Shown here: piece after piece, positions 10,003 to 19,529 of the stretch | How positions within the stretch are numbered: the first letter of the stretch is position 1 | Layout: every line of letters begins with the position of its first letter | From: a virus | DNA: 64,000 bases | Direction: 5' to 3' (one strand) | Virus record (IMG/VR): IMGVR_UViG_3300012147_000001 | Span: 8,004 to 72,003 of that record | Made by a program: the position numbers and the translations under genes | The notes under the pieces: model-generated | The model's database searches: none | What the model saw: only the letters and a program-made list of their open reading frames with translations | Told to the model about the DNA's origin: nothing

Positions 10003-10344
10003 TTAACTCATAGGTTTAGCTAAATAACCATCGTTATCAGTGTAACCACCAGTATACTCAACAAAGTTTTTAGCATCACGTAAAAGAGGAGGTGTTCCAG
10101 TTTCTTTGATTATTTCTTCTCTATACAACTTTATTGCTGCAATTTTTCTTAAGCCAAAAAATCTATCATGCCAATTTGATGTTTTAGCACCCTCTTTAAG
10201 CATTTCAACAAACATGCGAGGATGGAGAGCAGCAAGAGCTTTACCAGCAGCTTTGTAATCAAGCTTTTCTCCAACAATATCTATCATCATTTTGATAGTT
10301 TCTTCATCGTAAAGAACTTTTTTAGTTGGTAATGGCATTAGCAT
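10003..10344 (-). CDS. Protein with ribosomal bL12 (L7/L12) C-terminal-like domain
   Basis: KIAAIKLYRE...TG...LRDAKNFVE matches the bL12 CTD pattern. Confidence 0.6.
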   Translation of the reverse strand: MLMPLPTKKVLYDEETIKMMIDIVGEKLDYKAAGKALAALHPRMFVEMLKEGAKTSNWHDRFFGLRKIAAIKLYREEIIKETGTPPLLRDAKNFVEYTGGYTDNDGYLAKPMS

Positions 10345-10645
10345 TTTTTCTCATACGTTTGTTACGTAGTTTGCAATTGTGTTTAGGGGTAACTGGTGTA
10401 AGGTGCTCAGGGTTACAACAAGCACGATTACAACATTCGTGGTCTAACTCTTTCTTTTCGATATTTCCACCGACAAGAACAAGGTAAACAATTCTGTGAG
10501 TAACAGAGCGAATACCTTTAAAGTAAGCACGTTGGTAGCCATTAGATGTTGGGTCTTTACCCATGTAGTTCCAGCAACCAGTTTCTTCACATGGCTCAAT
10601 ACGTTTAGCTATATGATTTGGAAGTTTATTAATTAAATGAATCAT
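10322..10645 (-). CDS. HNH endonuclease
   Basis: GCW..G....GY...THR..Y...LDHECCNRACCNPEHL...T...N. Confidence 0.9.
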   Translation of the reverse strand: MIHLINKLPNHIAKRIEPCEETGCWNYMGKDPTSNGYQRAYFKGIRSVTHRIVYLVLVGGNIEKKELDHECCNRACCNPEHLTPVTPKHNCKLRNKRMRKNANAITN

Positions 10646-10843
10646 TGGGAGATTTCCTTAATAAGATTTGAATAAGCCTTGCACTTAATCGAGTGACACT
10701 ACATTCACTTCTGCGATTATCACTTGTCTGCGTCAACTTTTTGTTGAATAAATGGGCTTCGCACCCAATTGTCTAGCAAATTTTCCCACCTACACCCGTA
10801 AGTTTGGCCTTGTAGTCTCTATCAAACACAAAGGGAGCTGGCT
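10646..10843 (-). ncRNA. Candidate structured RNA between DNA polymerase and HNH gene
   Basis: About 200-nt gap, less AT-rich than flanks, with several hairpins and long-range pairings found by eye. Confidence 0.4.
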
Positions 10844-13477
10844 CTAGATAGCTGCGATTTCTTTATCAAGTTGCTTTTGTCTTGCGACTATAGCAAACTC
10901 GGTAAGTTCTTTCGGGTTGAACATTCCGTTAGGAATGACAATTTCATTTTTCCAAGAAGGATAGAAGATACTTAAATCACCACCTAATTTAACAGTGTCA
11001 TGTTGTATTTCAGGTAGTTCTTGCCATTGAACACACTCTACTAAATTCTTGTTCATCCAAGCTACTAGCTTTGGGTTATCATCAATAATAAAGTATTGTG
11101 CATCGTGAATATGAGCAATAGGCCAGATTGCTAGTTTCCATTTAGAAGCAAGCACTCTTTTCTTAAACTCAATAGCAGCACGATTGTTTAACATACCGTA
11201 ACCTTGACCTAACGCATTACCTGCGGTTCGACCTTCAGCTATAGCTTCGTATGGAGTGAATCTACTATTCCATAAACATTTACCAATGATAGGAGTTCGT
11301 ACCTTCAAACCAAAAGCGGTTTCAACATATCCAGTTTGCGATGCAAGTTCTAGTTTAGCTTGAATATACTCAATTGAAACTTTGTATAAATCCAAGAAAC
11401 TATTCTCAATAGACTTGGCTGTTTTTTCATCGAAGCCACAGTTAGTCATTAGAGTCTTGTATGTACCTTGATAAGTTAATGCAAAAGTTGGTGCTTTACT
11501 GTCTTGTCTTACATCTTCATAACGTTTTTTTATAGAATTAATACTTTCTATTGTGTTAACAATATCAGGTAGTCTTTCTGGAAAATATTTAAAAGCTCTT
11601 AAACAATGACCATCATAACCATCACTGTAAACTTTTAGTTTTTCAGGGTCTTTAGTTGTTAATGCAGATATATAATCTTCAAGAGAATTAAAATCTAATC
11701 CAACCATAAGTTTATGTTTAGGAGCTATAAAACAATCTTTAATAAGTTTTGCATAAGTAGAACCAGAAGGTATTTGCTGCAAGTTAGGATTGCTACACGA
11801 CAAACGACCAGATACCGTACCACCTACATTAAAGTTACCCATAAGATAATAGGTAGCTGAAACTTTGCAGTAGTAAGCATCTTCAAACGCTGGAATAAAC
11901 GATGTTAATATTTTAACAGCACTACTAAATTCAATAATTGTATCAAGAATATCTTGGATTATTGGATTAGATGTATGATTTTTAAGTTTTTTAAGTGTTT
12001 TAACACCTGCTGCTGGTAAACCTGTATCTGTTTTATCTAACACAGGTAAATCAAGCATTTCGTACAAAAGTTCAACTAATTGATTAGATGAATTTATGTT
12101 AATTTCAAATTTAAAAGAATCTGAATGAAGAGGTAAACTTTTCTTTTTCCATTTATTATGTAACTCATGATAAAGAGTACATCTTTTAAATTCTGTAAAA
12201 CGTTTAACATAAATGTTTTTATTTATTTGTGTGTAACAATTATTAACAATTTCACTTAATACAGATTTAGCATGTTGAACTTTTACCATGTTTATTGGCA
12301 TACCATGAAGTTCAGCTTGCATTAGTACATCAACAGATGGTTTTAAGATTGTGTTGTATATCTCTAATTGACCGTCAGCAACCATTTTAGGGTAGTAAGT
12401 GTCATAAACATACCAAGTACTTAAAGTATCAACTAAATTGTACTGTAGTAGCTTTTTAGTGGGTATTTTAGAGATGTCTTTTATATCGTCATCTTCTAAA
12501 GCATAGTTACCTGCAAATGGTAAAGCCAAAGACTTAAGACCAAGTTCGTTACCAGCACATGAGTTAGTAGCCAAGTAAGCTATAAGCTTAGTGTCTTCAA
12601 ACCTAAAAGAGTTAGTAAACATCTCAAGACCTAACAACAGTGCTTCTTTCTTTGAATGGTCAGACTCCATAAGCAATTCCCAAATGAGAATTTTTGCATC
12701 ATAACTAATATTATGCCAAATAAACTTTTTCTTATCCTTTATAAGAAATTTGTAAAAGAACTTTTTTAACAATTTATAAATGCCATAATGTTTAGTATTA
12801 CAATGTCTGCTAACTAAAAAAGCACCACCGTTATGCTTATCCCATGCAAATGAAATAGAGCCTATGCCAGCTTTGTAGTGTTTAAGAGAATATGCTTCTA
12901 TATCACAAGAAAGCACATTGTACTGGTGAAGTGAATCTAAAAATGATTCAATTTCTATTTCATCATTTGGATAACAAGCTGAATGAACAATGTCATCAAA
13001 AAGTACTGAACCATCAAAATAACCAGCTACTGCTTTATTAGACAGTGCTATCTTGTCTTGATTTTTAGTGTCATAGAATACAGTTCTGTAGTTAAGACTA
13101 AGAACTGCTTTAATCTTTTCAAAACCTTTAAAGGTACAGTCACTTACAGTACCGTATGCATGTCCTGTTTTCTTTGCATTAGTCAGTACTTTGTAATAAG
13201 ACGAATCAGTAACAACCAGTAACTCACACTTAATAGTTTCACTTAAGAATGTAAGCCAAGGCTTAATAGTGTCATTTACTTTTGCTTTACCATTAACAAA
13301 GTCAAGGTTAAGCGCAATAAAATCATCTAATGTAAGTTTTGGATTATTTTTAATGATTGGATTAATGTAATACTTAATAAGCTCGTCTTTATTTAATGAC
13401 TCTTCTTTAGAAAGTATTACTACTTTATAACTTTCTTGCATTAAACCAAATTGAACAAATTTGAGCTTACTAAGCAT
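10844..13477 (-). CDS. Family A DNA polymerase (N4 gp39-like)
   Basis: Exo DIEAYSL; TVSGRLS; motif A LDFNSLED, motif B RQDSKAPTFALTYQG, motif C HIHDAQY. Confidence 0.95.
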   Translation of the reverse strand: MLSKLKFVQFGLMQESYKVVILSKEESLNKDELIKYYINPIIKNNPKLTLDDFIALNLDFVNGKAKVNDTIKPWLTFLSETIKCELLVVTDSSYYKVLTNAKKTGHAYGTVSDCTFKGFEKIKAVLSLNYRTVFYDTKNQDKIALSNKAVAGYFDGSVLFDDIVHSACYPNDEIEIESFLDSLHQYNVLSCDIEAYSLKHYKAGIGSISFAWDKHNGGAFLVSRHCNTKHYGIYKLLKKFFYKFLIKDKKKFIWHNISYDAKILIWELLMESDHSKKEALLLGLEMFTNSFRFEDTKLIAYLATNSCAGNELGLKSLALPFAGNYALEDDDIKDISKIPTKKLLQYNLVDTLSTWYVYDTYYPKMVADGQLEIYNTILKPSVDVLMQAELHGMPINMVKVQHAKSVLSEIVNNCYTQINKNIYVKRFTEFKRCTLYHELHNKWKKKSLPLHSDSFKFEININSSNQLVELLYEMLDLPVLDKTDTGLPAAGVKTLKKLKNHTSNPIIQDILDTIIEFSSAVKILTSFIPAFEDAYYCKVSATYYLMGNFNVGGTVSGRLSCSNPNLQQIPSGSTYAKLIKDCFIAPKHKLMVGLDFNSLEDYISALTTKDPEKLKVYSDGYDGHCLRAFKYFPERLPDIVNTIESINSIKKRYEDVRQDSKAPTFALTYQGTYKTLMTNCGFDEKTAKSIENSFLDLYKVSIEYIQAKLELASQTGYVETAFGLKVRTPIIGKCLWNSRFTPYEAIAEGRTAGNALGQGYGMLNNRAAIEFKKRVLASKWKLAIWPIAHIHDAQYFIIDDNPKLVAWMNKNLVECVQWQELPEIQHDTVKLGGDLSIFYPSWKNEIVIPNGMFNPKELTEFAIVARQKQLDKEIAAI

Positions 13478-13478
13478 A

Positions 13479-14039
13479 TTAAATACCTACTATTTCAGTT
13501 AAAAATCTATAACGGTCATATTGAGTTTTAAACGTTAATTTAAATTCATTAGCATAATCTAAATCATAGTTAGAAATAGTATGCTTTTTTGAAGATTTTG
13601 TTGAAAGATTAGAATTAAACTTAACATCAAAAATAATAATTAATTGTCTAAACATATCATCAAAAATTTCTTGAAAATCTTCAACAGTTTTACAAACACT
13701 AAGCATACCGTTTATTAAACCAGTAAACCGCATTTTATCCATGTCTATTTTATTAATTGATGCTAATAACTCTAAACTATCAGCAACAATATCAGGATGT
13801 GGAGCACTTAAATTCATCCGTAATATGTGTTGTTTTTCAAAAGTTGAAAGGTCACTAACTGAATGAATAAAATTGTAATCATTAAGTACATAACCACCTG
13901 AATTAGAGTTAATTAAAATACCATTACGAACAACAAGTTCGTCTGTTCTTTGTTGAATCCCTTTAAATAATTCAGTAAAAATATTATCAACAAGGAACAT
14001 TGAAAAATTATTTTTTATATATGAGTTAAATACTGCCAT
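13479..14039 (-). CDS. Hypothetical protein (N4 gp38 position)
   Basis: Lies between helicase and polymerase. Confidence 0.7.
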   Translation of the reverse strand: MAVFNSYIKNNFSMFLVDNIFTELFKGIQQRTDELVVRNGILINSNSGGYVLNDYNFIHSVSDLSTFEKQHILRMNLSAPHPDIVADSLELLASINKIDMDKMRFTGLINGMLSVCKTVEDFQEIFDDMFRQLIIIFDVKFNSNLSTKSSKKHTISNYDLDYANEFKLTFKTQYDRYRFLTEIVGI

Positions 14040-14041
14040 TT

Positions 14042-15337
14042 TTAATCCTTACAAATAAAAACTTTATATCTTGGTCTAGTAGTAGCTACATTTAAAAGAC
14101 GATAAAACAACTGTGGATTAGTAATACCTAACATGTCAGTAAAATCTACTATTGCATAATCATAAGTACTACCTTGTGCTTTATGCACTGTGGAAGCCCA
14201 CGAATGTCTAATGTCTAAAATAGTTTCACTTAAGTTATAATACTCATTCCAGTTTTTAGCATCTTTATACTTTTTTAAAATTGCATAAAATTGATGAAAG
14301 TCAGAAGGTACTGAAAATTGTGCGTTTCCTGTTTCCTGAAATAAAACATTTCTAAGCTTTAACCCACTATCAGTTACGTATTCATCACCTAATTTACGAA
14401 CAGTAAGTTTTTGTTCGTTACGGATAACACATTGACCAAAAGTATAAAATTTATTGGAAGTTACTTGCTGTCCTACATGGAAAAAAGTATCACCATATTT
14501 GGCTTTACAAATTTGGTTATTGTAATCAACAACAACTTTATTTTTATAAGCTAAAATTTTAGTATCAAAATCGTTATCAACTAAATGGTGTTTAATTAAT
14601 TCATCTAAATCAGCACGTTTTACAATTTCAAAAGTGTTATCAAATAACAATTGCTCAACGTTACCAGTGTCTATAGCTCTCTCAAAAGCCATAGAATTTA
14701 AATGTATAGCTGAACCATTAGGATAACGAAAACGTTCTGTAAGCTCGTATACAGGAATATCTGGAGCAAATATTGGAGATGTACTCGAACCAACAGGCGT
14801 AGCCTGATAAAAATCAGCAATAAAAATAACGTTTAAATCTTTATCAAGTAATTGGTCTTTAATGTGTGACCACAAAATCCCATCAGTGTAACTGGCTTCA
14901 TCAATAATAATTAATGAGTTTTTAGGAAAAGCCATACAACTTTGTCTTAGATTGCGACTAACTTTAGTTTGTCCTGTGTTGTAATCAGTAAAAACTTTAA
15001 GAGTAAGTAAACTGTAAATAGTTTTACAAGTAAGCAAACCAAATTCATTTTCTAAATTTTTAGCAACTAAATCAGATATTACTGCTAATGCTTTATTAGT
15101 AGTAGCACACAAAAAAACATTACTAGAAGACATTTTTTTAGTTTCTGAATCAATAAGACGTTGTATTTCATTAAACTTAAGAAAATGGCGTACTATCATT
15201 TCAATTACAGTAGTTTTACCAGTTCCTGCTGGCCCTTGTATGCGAAGAGTTTGTTGTTTTGGGTTAGAAAACATTTGAGACAAAACAGGAGTTAAATTAA
15301 GTTTGTCTTGAGATAATTTATTTAAGTCAAAAGTCAT
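14042..15337 (-). CDS. SF1B Dda/RecD-like DNA helicase
   Basis: GPAGTGKT, IIDEAS, TVHKAQGSTY, VATTRP. Confidence 0.92.
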   Translation of the reverse strand: MTFDLNKLSQDKLNLTPVLSQMFSNPKQQTLRIQGPAGTGKTTVIEMIVRHFLKFNEIQRLIDSETKKMSSSNVFLCATTNKALAVISDLVAKNLENEFGLLTCKTIYSLLTLKVFTDYNTGQTKVSRNLRQSCMAFPKNSLIIIDEASYTDGILWSHIKDQLLDKDLNVIFIADFYQATPVGSSTSPIFAPDIPVYELTERFRYPNGSAIHLNSMAFERAIDTGNVEQLLFDNTFEIVKRADLDELIKHHLVDNDFDTKILAYKNKVVVDYNNQICKAKYGDTFFHVGQQVTSNKFYTFGQCVIRNEQKLTVRKLGDEYVTDSGLKLRNVLFQETGNAQFSVPSDFHQFYAILKKYKDAKNWNEYYNLSETILDIRHSWASTVHKAQGSTYDYAIVDFTDMLGITNPQLFYRLLNVATTRPRYKVFICKD

Positions 15338-15726
15338 TAGAAAGGTCTATCCTCTTCGCCATCCAATAAAGTATTCATTGCTCTTAAATCTATATTTAAA
15401 TGATGAGCAATTTTAATTCTTCTAAATTTAACAACATTAAGAGTTTTAATGGTTATTTCATTAAAAGAATGTACTTTAGGGATGGTCATTTCATTGTTAT
15501 AACTTACATCTAATTCTTCACTTTTATGAAAAAGTTTCATAAAAGCTACTGCATCAGCGTATTCCATAACAATAGATTTGCTTGAGTGGGGTGATAACGT
15601 AATAATAGCTAAATCGTTTTTTTCTTTTTCAAAAAAAGAAGACAACTCAGTACTTTTAATAAAGTCATCAAGTTTATTTTTAATTAATTCATTATCAGTT
15701 ATTAATTCAGACATGTTATATCTCAA
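15337..15726 (-). CDS. Hypothetical protein
   Basis: Stop/start coupled to the helicase. Confidence 0.7.
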   Translation of the reverse strand: MRYNMSELITDNELIKNKLDDFIKSTELSSFFEKEKNDLAIITLSPHSSKSIVMEYADAVAFMKLFHKSEELDVSYNNEMTIPKVHSFNEITIKTLNVVKFRRIKIAHHLNIDLRAMNTLLDGEEDRPF

Positions 15727-15916
15727 ATTTTAAATGAGTTTCAAAAGCTTGAATCCAAGCTTTATGAATTTCGTTAATGTTCATATTAGAATGACCTTCT
15801 AATGCATATTTATAGCTTAATTCAGCTACTGCATCTATACGGTTTTCAGTGTTTTGAGTACGTTCTAATAAAGCATCGTTTTCTTTAATTAATTGTTCAA
15901 TTAATTTCTGGGTCAT
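15716..15916 (-). CDS. Hypothetical protein
   Basis: Overlapping operon ORF. Confidence 0.6.
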   Translation of the reverse strand: MTQKLIEQLIKENDALLERTQNTENRIDAVAELSYKYALEGHSNMNINEIHKAWIQAFETHLKFEI

Positions 15917-17126
15917 ATAGAATTACACTACCAAAGTCAGGTTTAAATCGGTCATTATCGTAAATAACCCAAATTACAGGAAAGTTAATTTTTTCTGGTT
16001 TATCATAAGGTCTGAAATAACCATCTGTAAATATAACAGCAACAACAGGAGGATTTTGTATCCAATGTTCTAATAAGGGATAAACATTAGTTCCACCAGT
16101 ATCTTTAAATTCAATACCATCTAATGATTGATAACGGTCTACTTCTTTAATGTCTGAAATTTCATGATGCCATTGAATAATTTCAGTAACTTCAGGACTA
16201 AGAACAGATTTAATTTGTTCAATTTCAGATTTAAAACAATTAAATTGTTGGTCACAAACAGAACCAGAAATATCAATACCACATGCAAGCCTTCCCATAC
16301 CTAAAGAGTATAAACTAGGAATAATTAAATCTGGCATATAACGTTTGTTTGGACGTTTGTATGAATAATCATCACGCACTAAATCAAACATATAATTACG
16401 TAGTAAAGTAGCCCAATCAACTCTTGGATTCACTAATTCTTCAATACGTTCTGCAACGCTACTAGGTACATCTTCAGTTGAACCATCAGCATCAGGATTC
16501 ATTTTAGAAGCAACAGATGCTTTAACTAAAAGTTCATCTATTTTTTGCTGTATTTGTTCTTTGCTTAACGCACCTTTAGGAGCTGTAGCACCTTTACCAA
16601 CTGAAGGAGTGAAATCAGGTTGAAAGTTGGGATTTTGTGTATTGTTTTTCATTAAATCATTATAGATTTGCTCAGTAGTCATATTGCTATATTTAACGTT
16701 ACAACAAGCATTTTGAGGAATAGAATACCCTTTTTCTTTAAGCATAAGATTAATAGCATGGTCAGCAGCTTCGTTAAATGTTTTAAAACATGCACTATTT
16801 AGTTTTGGGTCTTCATCATATCCTGCTAAATCGGTATAACGTGTAATATGTTCAAATGCTACATGCCATGTTTCATGAGCTAATAAAAAAACTCTTTGTG
16901 GTGCAGTAAAATCTAAAAAGAAAGTTGGATTAATACGTAAAGTAACGCCATCTACATTTGCTGTTGGTACAGAAGCATCCCATTTTAGTTTTAAGCTAAA
17001 GAGCATAGTAGTAGTAAACACACTTTTTTTAATAGAAATAAGCTGTAATTTTGCTTTATCTAAAGCAGCATTAGCTTGTTTTAATACTTCAGGTGCAATT
17101 TGCACTTCTTGCTCTTTGTCAGACAT
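15897..17126 (-). CDS. Metallopeptidase + vWA domain protein (N4 gp25-like)
   Basis: HETWH (HExxH), DISGS MIDAS, GGT, FTDG. Confidence 0.9.
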   Translation of the reverse strand: MSDKEQEVQIAPEVLKQANAALDKAKLQLISIKKSVFTTTMLFSLKLKWDASVPTANVDGVTLRINPTFFLDFTAPQRVFLLAHETWHVAFEHITRYTDLAGYDEDPKLNSACFKTFNEAADHAINLMLKEKGYSIPQNACCNVKYSNMTTEQIYNDLMKNNTQNPNFQPDFTPSVGKGATAPKGALSKEQIQQKIDELLVKASVASKMNPDADGSTEDVPSSVAERIEELVNPRVDWATLLRNYMFDLVRDDYSYKRPNKRYMPDLIIPSLYSLGMGRLACGIDISGSVCDQQFNCFKSEIEQIKSVLSPEVTEIIQWHHEISDIKEVDRYQSLDGIEFKDTGGTNVYPLLEHWIQNPPVVAVIFTDGYFRPYDKPEKINFPVIWVIYDNDRFKPDFGSVILYDPEIN

Positions 17127-17127
17127 A

Positions 17128-17343
17128 TTAATTCCTTAATAATTTTGTTCTATGATGGGGATAAGCAAAAGGTATTTCATACATCATTATGTTGTTAATT
17201 TTACATCTAAATGTTGTTACGTTTTGCTTATATAAATAATCGTCAATGATTTCAGTAGATTTAATCGAAACTGGTACATACAAATCTGAGCACCAGTTTG
17301 ATAAATCTAAATCAGCATCTTTTAATTTTTGATAAACATTCAT
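17128..17343 (-). CDS. Hypothetical protein
   Basis: Inserted between the ATPase and vWA genes with coupled stop/start. Confidence 0.65.
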   Translation of the reverse strand: MNVYQKLKDADLDLSNWCSDLYVPVSIKSTEIIDDYLYKQNVTTFRCKINNIMMYEIPFAYPHHRTKLLRN

Positions 17344-18389
17344 TAAAAAAGTTTTTTAGCGTTAACATCCAACCATTCAATAAAAGCTAGATTGCTTTTA
17401 AGTTCTGGCTTGTTAGCACCAATCTTTTTAATTGCTGAAACTTGATGTTCTACAGGTAAACGTTCTACATATTTCATAACATCTCTAATGTTAGTAGAAG
17501 TTGTTCTGTCACCAATAACACCAGCAACAGCAAACATTGCACTTGGTTCTTCAGGAATTGGTGCAGTAGTAGGATTTAATTCAATTTGTTCAAACTTAAC
17601 TAAATCTTTATAAATTTCTAAAAATGCACGAAACTCAGTACCAACACCTTTGCCAACAGTACCTGCATAAAGTGGCATCCATTCATAATCATGAGCATTA
17701 GCACCTTTAGGTAGCTTGCGAATTACTTTACTTAAAAATTCTATTGTACGAGAACAAGCAAATGTTTTATCTGAATGAGAAGGGTCAAAAGAATTTAACA
17801 CACTTGGTTTGTGCTCAACATAAGCAATAACACGAGAATCGTATTTAGCATTAATAGCAAATTCAATCCATTCTTGTGCATTGGCTTCCATTTCAAAATG
17901 AACCATACGAGATTGCAGTGCAGTAGACATTCTAGATGCAACAGCATTATCTTTAATACCGTTACCAGCAGCCATTATAATGACTTTTGAATGTAACTTA
18001 TGCTCACCTACCATTCTATCTAAAATAAGCTTATATGCAGCCGCTTGAATAGCAGGAGGTGCAGCAGTGATTTCATCTAAGAACAACAACCAACCTGCTT
18101 TACCTTCAGGTAATTCATCTAAACCTTCCAATGGAAAAATTGAAGGTGGAAGATAATCAGCTCTTTTTGTTTGTAAATTTGGAGCAATAAAACCTGTTAA
18201 ATCAGTTGGGTCAACAGTACTTAATCTAAGGTCAATCATTTGTAAGTTAAAATCATTACAAATTTCAGCACCTATTGCTGATTTACCAATTCCCGGACTT
18301 GAAGTAAGCATTGGACATAATCCAGACATTAAAACAGGTAAAATTGCACGTTTTGCGCTTTTAGGTGTAATAGAATATTTGATAGCCAT
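17343..18389 (-). CDS. MoxR-like AAA+ ATPase (N4 gp24-like)
   Basis: SPGIGKS, LFLDEI, AAGN, ALQSRM. Confidence 0.9.
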   Translation of the reverse strand: MAIKYSITPKSAKRAILPVLMSGLCPMLTSSPGIGKSAIGAEICNDFNLQMIDLRLSTVDPTDLTGFIAPNLQTKRADYLPPSIFPLEGLDELPEGKAGWLLFLDEITAAPPAIQAAAYKLILDRMVGEHKLHSKVIIMAAGNGIKDNAVASRMSTALQSRMVHFEMEANAQEWIEFAINAKYDSRVIAYVEHKPSVLNSFDPSHSDKTFACSRTIEFLSKVIRKLPKGANAHDYEWMPLYAGTVGKGVGTEFRAFLEIYKDLVKFEQIELNPTTAPIPEEPSAMFAVAGVIGDRTTSTNIRDVMKYVERLPVEHQVSAIKKIGANKPELKSNLAFIEWLDVNAKKLF

Positions 18390-18449
18390 GTGGTAATTTC
18401 CTTTATAAAATAAAAATAGCTACTACACATTAATGCAGTAGCATTGAGA

Positions 18450-19529
18450 TTAATCTTCTGCTAAACCAATAACTTTATAACTACAAGTACGAGCTTTTGT
18501 GAATTGATAGTCTGGTGGGATAGCAACAAAGTCTTGAGGACGTACTACGACCTTAACAATAATACCACTGCTACCATAACCACTTGATTGTAAATACTGC
18601 TTGGCACAAACATGTAATCCATGAGAACAAGTTTGCTTATAATCAGCATTAACTTCACTTCTACGCATTGTCACAGTGTCACCAATATTATTTGGTATTT
18701 TGCCACTGTAGCAATCAGTGAAATCAAGATTAACACGCTTATAGCATTCAACATTACCTTCAGGGGTAATAGTAACGCCAGCATGTTTAATTAGCTTCCA
18801 CAAGTGAGTAAATATGTGGTGAGATGGTGTCATCATAAGGTTTTCATAGAAACGCAACATGTGTTCTATTGGTTCATCACGATTAAACATGTCAACAACG
18901 TCTTCAACGATGTCATTTTTAACAACAGAACCATTAAAAATTAAACCATGCTCACTAACAACAAAACCACCAAGACAAAGACTTTTCATTTTATGCTTTA
19001 GCGACATTTTTTCTAAAGCAGCATCATAGTCAGCCACCGCAAGGTGGTGTATTATTTCATCATAGTTTTCGTGAGAGTGTTGTACAGAAATGGTTTCACC
19101 ATCATCCAGTAACACGCTAATGAAACGTTTTTTGTCTACTGTCCAAGATATTATTTGAGCAGCTTCAACGACAACACCAGTAGTTTTTACTGGCTCTTTG
19201 GTAGGTGTCATTTCAGTGTCTGAGTTAGACAACTCACGAGTTTCAACTTCAGTTTCAACAGTAATATTGGACTGAACTTTTTGTTTTTCAACATTAGCAG
19301 TTTCAACTACTTCTGGTTCAGGTGTTAACTTGGTTTTAGTAGAAGCTGGCACATGTTTAGCTTGTTTTAAGCCAACATCGTCTAAAACGCGATTAAGAGT
19401 ACGTAAACTAGTGTCAAATTCTTCTGCAAACTTAGTTTTGTTTACAGGAGCTTTCAACAAGCGTTTTTCATACTCAGCAATCATTTTTTTATTACGTATT
19501 TCTATTTCAAGTTCTTTAGTTGTTTTCAT
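18450..19529 (-). CDS. rIIB: rIIB-like protein with N-terminal HTH
   Basis: YKRV..DF.DCYSG, TCSHGLHVC, V.P.DFVAIP.DY...KAR.C.Y.V. Confidence 0.88.
   Translation of the reverse strand: MKTTKELEIEIRNKKMIAEYEKRLLKAPVNKTKFAEEFDTSLRTLNRVLDDVGLKQAKHVPASTKTKLTPEPEVVETANVEKQKVQSNITVETEVETRELSNSDTEMTPTKEPVKTTGVVVEAAQIISWTVDKKRFISVLLDDGETISVQHSHENYDEIIHHLAVADYDAALEKMSLKHKMKSLCLGGFVVSEHGLIFNGSVVKNDIVEDVVDMFNRDEPIEHMLRFYENLMMTPSHHIFTHLWKLIKHAGVTITPEGNVECYKRVNLDFTDCYSGKIPNNIGDTVTMRRSEVNADYKQTCSHGLHVCAKQYLQSSGYGSSGIIVKVVVRPQDFVAIPPDYQFTKARTCSYKVIGLAED

Noticed and set aside
10646-10843. Group I intron, suggested by an AGAGACUACA R-like motif next to an HNH gene
   Set aside because: The polymerase ORF is complete before it, the partner strand reads UAGUG rather than UAGUC, and no interrupted exon or P4-P6 core was found
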